From Candidatus Wallbacteria bacterium (GTDB lineage Bacteria > Muiribacteriota > JAQTZZ01): a stretch of DNA of 64,000 bases. Within the stretch, counting starts at the first letter, position 1. Each line of letters opens with the position of its first letter. The notes beneath the pieces were generated by a model. That model saw nothing but the letters and a program-made list of their open reading frames with translations, was not told where the DNA came from and ran no database searches. Where the stretch lies: contig JAQTZZ010000002.1 of NCBI GenBank assembly GCA_028687545.1, forward strand, positions 139,635 through 203,634, in the 5' to 3' direction. A program made the position numbers and the translations under genes. Of this stretch, positions 57,770 to 64,000 are shown one piece after another.

Positions 57770-58423
57770 ATGCAGACAAATGTGATCAAGGAACGCAGCA
57801 GAAGAATCGAAACGAAAGCCATTCGCCCAAAAGCCACTCTCAGAAAGACCACCGTGATCAGACGCAGGGAACTGATTCTTACCGCTCGCTCGATCATCTT
57901 CAACGAAGGCACCGGCAATTTCACCTTGCGCCGCCTGGCTGATGAAGTCGGGCTCACTGAAGCAGCAATCTACCGTCATTTCGATAACAAGGAAGAGATT
58001 CTCCTTGCCCTGGTGGATTTCATGTATGACGGCTGGGACAGAAAACTCAACGCACTCCTGGAAAAGAAAATCCCTCCAAGAGAGAAACTGATGAAGCTCG
58101 GAAAAATCCACCTGACTCAGCTGCTCAAGCATCAGTTCAACCCAGTCATGCTCTTCTCCGAAGCCGTTGACCCAAGGCAGCCGAAAATCGCCGAAGCAAT
58201 CATTATGAAAAGGAAACGCCTGTTCGAAGTGATCGGAATCATCGTCAGGGAAGGTTGTGATACCGGCATCTTCAGATCCAGGCTCGATGTCCAGGCTGCT
58301 GTCCTGGCTCTGTCAGGGGTGCTGCAGAACTGCATCATCCGCTGGACTCTCACCAAGAAAACTAAATTTCTCAAGAGCGAGATGGAGCGAGCCATGGCTC
58401 TGATCATTGACGGACTGAGCTGA
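57770..58423 (+). CDS. TetR/AcrR-family transcriptional regulator
   Basis: N-terminal helix-turn-helix (LILTARSIIFNEGTGNFTLRRLADEVGLTEAAIYRHFDNKEEIL); AGAGGA Shine-Dalgarno; 217 aa. Confidence 0.85.
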   Translation: MQTNVIKERSRRIETKAIRPKATLRKTTVIRRRELILTARSIIFNEGTGNFTLRRLADEVGLTEAAIYRHFDNKEEILLALVDFMYDGWDRKLNALLEKKIPPREKLMKLGKIHLTQLLKHQFNPVMLFSEAVDPRQPKIAEAIIMKRKRLFEVIGIIVREGCDTGIFRSRLDVQAAVLALSGVLQNCIIRWTLTKKTKFLKSEMERAMALIIDGLS

Positions 58424-58456
58424 TGTGCAAATCCAAGACACGAAAAGGAGCTGGTG

Positions 58457-58537
58457 ATGGATATCAACTTTTCCTTTGCGATTTTATGGCTCATCATAGT
58501 TGGTGTTTTGGTAGCCATTATAAAAAAATACAAATGA
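58457..58537 (+). CDS. 26-aa hydrophobic peptide (MDINFSFAILWLIIVGVLVAIIKKYK)
   Basis: ATG preceded by AAAGGAG; a single TM-like helix with a basic C-terminus; paralogous to the peptide at 59903..59986. Confidence 0.4.
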   Translation: MDINFSFAILWLIIVGVLVAIIKKYK

Positions 58538-58561
58538 TCACAATGAAGTCATACCACTGAA

Positions 58562-59842
58562 ATGAAGAAACGACTGATCGAAGAAGGTTTACTATTACTC
58601 GGCGTCACCAAATGGGTGGTTTTTTCGGTAATTATTGGCTGCATTGTCGGGGTATCGACTGCGATTTTTTTAAAGACCTTGAACTGGAGCATTTCCGCAG
58701 CTGCCAGATATCATTATTACTTTCTGCTCATGCCACTCGCTTTCTTTGTCAGCGCATTGCTGATCAAGTATCTTTCACCAGGCGCAGAGGGCCATGGAAC
58801 CGAGAAAGTAATCGAAGCCATACATCAGAACGATTCCATCATCAATGCATCAGTAGTTCCGGTCAAGCTGCTGGCCACTGTGATCACGATTGCCTGCGGA
58901 GGCTCAGCCGGAAAAGAAGGTCCCTGCGCCCAGATAGGAGCCGGGCTGGCTTCCCTGTTTGCCAGAATTTTCAGATTTGACAGCGAGGACCGGAAAAAAC
59001 TTGTCGTCTGCGGTATCAGCGCCGGCTTTGCATCAGTATTCGGAACTCCGATAGCAGGCGCGATTTTCGGAGTTGAAGTTTTGTTCGTAGGAAGCCTTCT
59101 CTACGATGTTCTCCTGCCATCCTTTATCGCAGGCATTATCAGTTTCCACATCACTTCAATGTTTGGCTGCACTTACTTCTATCATCCTCTGAACATCTCT
59201 CCCAATCTGGACAATTTGTCTTTCATCTGGGTTCTTGTATCAGGTGTGGTTTTCGGAATTGTTTCAGTGATGCTGATAGAACTGCTGAGAATGGGAAGCA
59301 AGCTGTCTAAAAGAATTCATTGCTGGAGCCCGCTCAAGGGAATAGCCGGTGGAACTATCCTGGTGATCCTGGCCTCATTGTTTTCAACGCAATATTTAGG
59401 ATTGGGGTTGAGCACGATCGAAAGTTGCCTGCAGGGAGTGAAAGTCAGCGGGTTTGCCTTTTTCCTCAAGGCGCTTTTTACCAGCCTGACCCTTAACTTT
59501 GGAGGAAGCGGAGGTATAGTCACACCCATTTTTTTCATAGGCAGCACATCCGGGAATCTTTTCGCCCAGATCTTCAATCTGAATATTGGCATCTTTTCAG
59601 CCTTGGGGTTTGTAGCCCTGCTGGCTGGTGCTGCCAATACGCCGATCGCGGCAAGCATCATGTCCATTGAGCTGTTTGGCCCTACGATCGCGCCTTATGC
59701 GGCGATCGCCTGCGTGGTCAGCTTTCTGATCAGCGGCCACCGCAGCGTGTATCCATCGCAAATCCTGGCGTTCAGAAAATCTAAGTTCATTGATGTCGAG
59801 ACAGGCAAGGTGATGGCTGAAGTCAGAGTCGAGTTTCCCTAG
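58562..59842 (+). CDS. ClC-family chloride channel / H+-Cl- antiporter
   Basis: ClC selectivity-filter-like motifs GGSAGKEGP and GTPIAGAIFGVEV; 426 aa, multi-pass. Confidence 0.85.
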   Translation: MKKRLIEEGLLLLGVTKWVVFSVIIGCIVGVSTAIFLKTLNWSISAAARYHYYFLLMPLAFFVSALLIKYLSPGAEGHGTEKVIEAIHQNDSIINASVVPVKLLATVITIACGGSAGKEGPCAQIGAGLASLFARIFRFDSEDRKKLVVCGISAGFASVFGTPIAGAIFGVEVLFVGSLLYDVLLPSFIAGIISFHITSMFGCTYFYHPLNISPNLDNLSFIWVLVSGVVFGIVSVMLIELLRMGSKLSKRIHCWSPLKGIAGGTILVILASLFSTQYLGLGLSTIESCLQGVKVSGFAFFLKALFTSLTLNFGGSGGIVTPIFFIGSTSGNLFAQIFNLNIGIFSALGFVALLAGAANTPIAASIMSIELFGPTIAPYAAIACVVSFLISGHRSVYPSQILAFRKSKFIDVETGKVMAEVRVEFP

Positions 59843-59902
59843 TCTCCAAATTATAATGCAGAGTCAGATAGATTGCGGTAACTTTAGTCTAAAGGAGGAA
59901 AA

Positions 59903-59986
59903 ATGGATTTGAATCTTCTCGAAATGCTTGGCTTGCTTGTCGCAGTGGCAATATTCGCATCTTTTCTAAGAAAACACCTGAAGTAA
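59903..59986 (+). CDS. 27-aa hydrophobic peptide (MDLNLLEMLGLLVAVAIFASFLRKHLK)
   Basis: Strong Shine-Dalgarno AAAGGAGGA 6 nt before the ATG; same MD.N / TM helix / basic tail layout as 58457..58537; followed by a hairpin. Confidence 0.45.
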   Translation: MDLNLLEMLGLLVAVAIFASFLRKHLK

Positions 59987-60004
59987 GACCATTCATAGTT
60001 GAGA

Positions 60005-60024
60005 GGGCGGTCCTTGAACCGCCC
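60005..60024. terminator. GC-rich hairpin between convergent genes
   Basis: 7-bp stem GGGCGGT / ACCGCCC with a 6-nt loop, between the small peptide ORF and the stop of the - strand DUF3857 gene; no immediately adjacent T-run. Confidence 0.35.
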
Positions 60025-60034
60025 CTGCGTGGTA

Positions 60035-60210
60035 ATTCTTATTTTTTCTCCAGCAGAATCCACTCATCCTGGAAATTCACGATGTCTTCGATGAACTTCT
60101 TGTAACTCGCGTATTCAGAAGCCGGATAGGTGTCGCCGACTCTCTTGAAATCCAGGTTGACTTTCAAAATACTGCGGCTGCTTGTATCGAATGAGGCTGT
60201 AAACTCCATG
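60035..60210. repeat. direct repeat copy 2 (176 bp, identical to 52182..52357); this copy is the 3' end of the intact gene
   Basis: Exact identity to 52182..52357 by direct comparison. Confidence 0.95.
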
Positions 60211-62087
60211 CCGCCGAAATTCAGCTTCCTCTTCTCCGGGCAAAAGGCCAGTCCGTAATCTTTGGGCAGCTTCACCTGGTAGACAAAGTGACTCTCAGTC
60301 ACACCATGGAAAAACATCGGGTAAGCTCTCTGTTCCCTGGCCACTTCAGAGGCTGAAAAGAGATAGAATTCAGGAAGCTGGAACGCCAGCATGGATCCTG
60401 CCCTCTTCGGGTATTCAGAAGCACTGAATGAGTAAGAAATTCCCAGATTGTTCGTGAGATCTCCCAGATTCTGGTATTCATATTTTTGGAGTACAGCCCT
60501 GGGATGGATTCTGGCGATACTCTTCTCCCACTCCTTATCCAGTTCATTTTTTGAAAGATAATAATTCTTGCGGTAATTATTCTGAGTGCTGCCTTCGAAT
60601 TTGTCTGTCACAGAGGCTCTCAGATCTCCGTTTTCGTTCAGATTCAGGTCGAAAGTGCTGAAACTCTTGGCAGGCACATAAGGCAGGTCGACCAGTTTCC
60701 GCTCCGCGAGCGACAAAGCCGGAGAACCCTGGCAGCCGCCCGGGAAATCACCCATAGTCATGGAGTCGTCATTGACATAGATCAGTTTGCCGTTGTCCAG
60801 CTTTAATCCAAGATTGCCGAACTGTTCGACACACGGCACAGAAACCTCAAGTGAACCTGAATTGCGGTCCGAGAGCAGCAGAAAGTCGCTCTTCACTCCA
60901 AGTTCGGAAAGCAGAGCATGAAACAGAAACGTCTTGTCAACTTTGGAGCCCATTTTCTTTTCGTAAATGACGGCCGGATCCAGCGGATAGTAATGAGTAT
61001 TGGAGAGGCTGACCCAGGCTGTGACTATATTCTTGGTCAGGAACTGGTAGAGTGCGGCAATCTTTTCTTCCCGGCTTTTTGCGGAAGCCGTGATGGTCTC
61101 GCAGGCTGATTTAAGGGCAGGGGAACTTTTATCCCAGGCGGAATATTTTGCCGCGAGAGCTGCTGCGATCCCTGCATAGTCATAGGCAGGCGAGACGGTC
61201 AGAGTCGGAAATACATCCGAAACGGGCGGTGTGTTTTCCTCTTCCTGGTAAGGCGGGATTTTCTTCATTTCAAAACTGTATGCAACTCCTGCGCCTGAGC
61301 CGGACTTTTTCAGGAGATTCCTGTCCGCATTCCGAAGTGACAGATTCAGTTTGAGCCCTGCCGGAGCTTCGATGCGGACTCTGGCGCTGAGATACGGTAC
61401 GGACGAAGTGAAGGATTCGACAAAACATTGAGGATTGTCCAGGATGTCCCTGGAAGTATATCGCTCTTCATAGGAATACTCCACGAAAGATCCGCTCTCC
61501 ACCTTGGGGATGATCACCTTGACTTCCCTGGCTTTTTCATAAAGCGGATAAGAGGAATAAGTGGAAGTATCTGTGACTGCATAGTCATTGGCATATGTGA
61601 TCCTGCCGTCAGTGATCGAGCGGGCGTACCTGATCGTGAAATCCGACCTGCCCGGGATATAGTTGAGATAGAAGGTCCCGATGCTCTTGCCGCCTTCTTT
61701 GTTGACCCTGCCCAGGAAATGATGGGAAAAAACGGCTCCGCCGTCGGTCTTATAGGTAATGGTGGTGTCCGACATGAAGCAGATATAATCATACTGGTCG
61801 TATTCTTTGAAGTCCTTGCGGGAAATCACTTTTCTCACCAGCTGATCCTTGATCTCTTCAGGCTTGTAGACACCCTTTTCCTCGTATTCGCGGAAAAGGT
61901 CCAGCCTGGTCAGCTTGTCCTGTTCGATCGTGATGTTCTTGCCGGTTTCCCTCTCGCAGAACACGATCGCGCCCTTGCTGTACTCCACTAAACGGCCGTT
62001 GATTTCCTTGCCGTCCTTGAGTATCAGCAGGTCGGCACAGGCAGAGAACCCGAAAACAAGCAGAAGAGCTAAAAGGATGTTTCTCAT
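60039..62087 (-). CDS. DUF3857-like / transglutaminase-like domain lipoprotein (682 aa); the transglutaminase core appears to lack the Cys
   Basis: Lipoprotein-type signal peptide (MRNILLALLLVFGFSAC). The region that aligns with the neighbour's GDC segment reads VDKTFLFHALLSELGVKSD; 4-bp overlap with the upstream paralog. Confidence 0.7.
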   Translation of the reverse strand: MRNILLALLLVFGFSACADLLILKDGKEINGRLVEYSKGAIVFCERETGKNITIEQDKLTRLDLFREYEEKGVYKPEEIKDQLVRKVISRKDFKEYDQYDYICFMSDTTITYKTDGGAVFSHHFLGRVNKEGGKSIGTFYLNYIPGRSDFTIRYARSITDGRITYANDYAVTDTSTYSSYPLYEKAREVKVIIPKVESGSFVEYSYEERYTSRDILDNPQCFVESFTSSVPYLSARVRIEAPAGLKLNLSLRNADRNLLKKSGSGAGVAYSFEMKKIPPYQEEENTPPVSDVFPTLTVSPAYDYAGIAAALAAKYSAWDKSSPALKSACETITASAKSREEKIAALYQFLTKNIVTAWVSLSNTHYYPLDPAVIYEKKMGSKVDKTFLFHALLSELGVKSDFLLLSDRNSGSLEVSVPCVEQFGNLGLKLDNGKLIYVNDDSMTMGDFPGGCQGSPALSLAERKLVDLPYVPAKSFSTFDLNLNENGDLRASVTDKFEGSTQNNYRKNYYLSKNELDKEWEKSIARIHPRAVLQKYEYQNLGDLTNNLGISYSFSASEYPKRAGSMLAFQLPEFYLFSASEVAREQRAYPMFFHGVTESHFVYQVKLPKDYGLAFCPEKRKLNFGGMEFTASFDTSSRSILKVNLDFKRVGDTYPASEYASYKKFIEDIVNFQDEWILLEKK

Positions 62088-64000
62088 TTGCCACCTCCAA
62101 CTTCTTCAAGGAAGACAACTTTCTGGAAGCAGTCCTCCACTTTCTTGGTGAATTCGCGGTACATCTGATAATCGGAGACAGGCACGAAATCTTCCTTGAA
62201 AGACAGAGCCATGCTGAAAGTGAATCCACCTTTTGTCAGCCTGTAATCCTGCCAGAAATTAGCATATTTATTGGAGAGGGAGACATTTTCCGGTAACTGC
62301 TTGACCTTCAGGGTCGAGGGCAGCTTAACATGGTATTCATATTTCTCCATCGAGCTCGAATTATATAAAATCGGATATCTGCGACAGAGAAGCGAAGTCT
62401 CTTCGAAGGCCTGGCTGTTTTTGAAATCCATCACCCGGTAATTCCCGGATTTCTTCATCACTTCAGGACAGCTCCAATACAGTTCGCGCGAAAAAGGCTT
62501 GCTGATGTCAAAGGCATTGCTGATCTTGTATCTGAGCAGTTTCGCATCCGGGTAATCCTGGGTGATCATGCTTCTCAGCTCATCTTCCCACATGTCTTCG
62601 CGGCGGTACATCCAGTAGCCGCGTGCACCGGACTCATAAGATCCGGTATAACTGGTGCGATAATAGATCCTGGCACTCTCATCCATGTCAACAGTGATGA
62701 TCTGGTACTTCCGGAAACAGTTGTCCGAAGGTTTAGGAAGTTCCGTCTTATAAAATTCACCTTTGAAATAGTTTTCGATCCAGACGCCCTGATCGTCCTC
62801 ACGGAAAGTCGGATAGCGCTGGGTAGTGGCTGTGGAATCCAGTGTCAGGCGTGTGCCGTTCAGATAGACCGCATTGATGGCATGGTTGATCCCGAAATTC
62901 GGGATCCTGAGATCCCGGGCAGCCCCGGGTTTAGTGTTGAGAGCGACAGGATAGGCCTCGATCCCGGCGACTTTCAGCATAGTGGCCATCAGGATCGCCT
63001 TGTCGATGCAGTCGCCGAATTTGTTTTTAAAGGTCATTTCAGCGGGATGGCCGCTCATGCCTGAAGCGATTCCGCTCTTGATCGAGATATAGCGGATGTT
63101 CTGCTGCAGCCAGTGATAAATTGAGGCCAGCATCTCTTCCTGGGTCTGGCAGCCGGAGATTATCTTCTTTGTTTCCTCTTCCAGAAATGGAGTCAGGACC
63201 ATGCGCTCCTCAGCCATCTTCTTCTCCCAGGCGAAATAACCATTCCAGTCCTTCATGGTGGAACATTTGACGCGCTTGGCAATGTCATAGTAATCGGGCA
63301 TCTTGGGTTCATTGATGATTGGAGCCGAATTTCTGACTTCCCAGTAGAAATGCTTGCCCTGCTCATCGGTACGGCGTCTGGGTTCGCTGCCGCGGTCCAT
63401 GTTCAGCGGAGCCCAGTAAAGTTCCTTGTCTGTAGGGATCACTACGTCAAGGCTGGAGAGCCTGACAGGGACATTGTCTTCAAAGCCAAAGGCAGGGAAG
63501 AAGAAATCCCTGTTGAACGGATTGTAAGTATACTCTTCATAAATATATTCGATGATCGAACCAACTGTGACCTTGGGCAGTGCGATAGTGATCATTTTTC
63601 CCTGGCTGATGAAATCCGCGCCTTCGTCGGCAGGAGTGGAGACTGAAATGTCGCTGCTCTGCGGATATTGAACGCTGCCCTCAGGGCTGATCACGCGCAC
63701 CAGATAAAATGTCATCCGGTCGCGGTCTTCTTCCCAGAAAAACTGGAGATTGTTGAGGATCGCGTTTTCCTTGAGAATTTTCATTGCCCTGTGGTAGATA
63801 TAAGTTCTCTCGCCGTTTTCAAAGAGCAGATTCTGCCCGCAGTCTCTGAGCACGAGCGAGTCCACATCCGGATAATTCTTCTGAAAAGCCAGGGCATCCG
63901 CAGCCAGCGCCTGGATGTCTCCCAGCTTGCCGGTAAAAGGTTTCACAAACGGCTCTGATGAGGATTTTCCGTCAATCGCGGCGACTTCCCCGGCTGTTTG
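62084..64000 (-). CDS. DUF3857-like / transglutaminase-like domain protein with a Cys-containing core; 5' end probably beyond the window
   Basis: FGDCIDKAILMATMLKVAGIEAYPV fits the transglutaminase-like G-D-C core. The frame stays open from the GTG at 63946 to the window edge at 64000. Confidence 0.7.
   Translation of the reverse strand, partial: QTAGEVAAIDGKSSSEPFVKPFTGKLGDIQALAADALAFQKNYPDVDSLVLRDCGQNLLFENGERTYIYHRAMKILKENAILNNLQFFWEEDRDRMTFYLVRVISPEGSVQYPQSSDISVSTPADEGADFISQGKMITIALPKVTVGSIIEYIYEEYTYNPFNRDFFFPAFGFEDNVPVRLSSLDVVIPTDKELYWAPLNMDRGSEPRRRTDEQGKHFYWEVRNSAPIINEPKMPDYYDIAKRVKCSTMKDWNGYFAWEKKMAEERMVLTPFLEEETKKIISGCQTQEEMLASIYHWLQQNIRYISIKSGIASGMSGHPAEMTFKNKFGDCIDKAILMATMLKVAGIEAYPVALNTKPGAARDLRIPNFGINHAINAVYLNGTRLTLDSTATTQRYPTFREDDQGVWIENYFKGEFYKTELPKPSDNCFRKYQIITVDMDESARIYYRTSYTGSYESGARGYWMYRREDMWEDELRSMITQDYPDAKLLRYKISNAFDISKPFSRELYWSCPEVMKKSGNYRVMDFKNSQAFEETSLLCRRYPILYNSSSMEKYEYHVKLPSTLKVKQLPENVSLSNKYANFWQDYRLTKGGFTFSMALSFKEDFVPVSDYQMYREFTKKVEDCFQKVVFLEEVGGGK

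Noticed and set aside
52358-60034. Integrase, recombinase or transposase inside the repeat-flanked segment
   Set aside because: Every ORF over 60 aa in the segment is accounted for by transporter, channel, trehalose or TetR genes or is an antisense shadow ORF; no recombinase-like translation was found in any frame, so the segment cannot be called a self-mobile element from this window.

Overview
This 64 kb window looks like a chromosomal region from a diderm (LPS-making) anaerobe that uses Shine-Dalgarno sites; the lineage cannot be assigned from sequence alone. All calls rest on reading the six-frame translations for motifs; no database search was run. The + strand opens with a tandem array of at least three paralogous radical SAM/SPASM–TPR fusion genes (first copy 5'-truncated by the window edge). 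On the - strand follows a 2656-aa HEAT/TPR giant protein that overlaps lpxL and waaA, then radA, then an LPS/glycan locus (gmhB, rfbG, GT2/GT4/GT9 glycosyltransferases, methyltransferases, a CDP-deoxysugar tailoring set). After housekeeping genes (MiaB-like methylthiotransferase, rsmE) come an operon of a small TPR protein, an AsnB-like enzyme lacking the N-terminal Cys and a B12-binding radical SAM protein; a kce-kdd-kamA lysine-fermentation cluster; and a five-gene operon of ECF sigma factor, membrane protein, P-loop protein, class III nucleotidyl cyclase and MutS-like ATPase. The window ends with an MFS transporter, an S41 peptidase, and a ~7.7 kb ion/osmotic-homeostasis segment (MscS, ArsB/NhaD, fused OtsA/OtsB, TetR, ClC channel, two small hydrophobic peptides) bracketed by perfect 176-bp direct repeats that duplicate the 3' end of a DUF3857/transglutaminase-like gene. 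No rRNA, tRNA, CRISPR array, transposase or integrase was recognised. The most likely candidates for an undescribed system are the radical SAM/SPASM–TPR array (with a speculative Cys-rich peptide ORF beside it), the ECF-sigma/cyclase/MutS-like operon and the AsnB-like/B12-rSAM operon.
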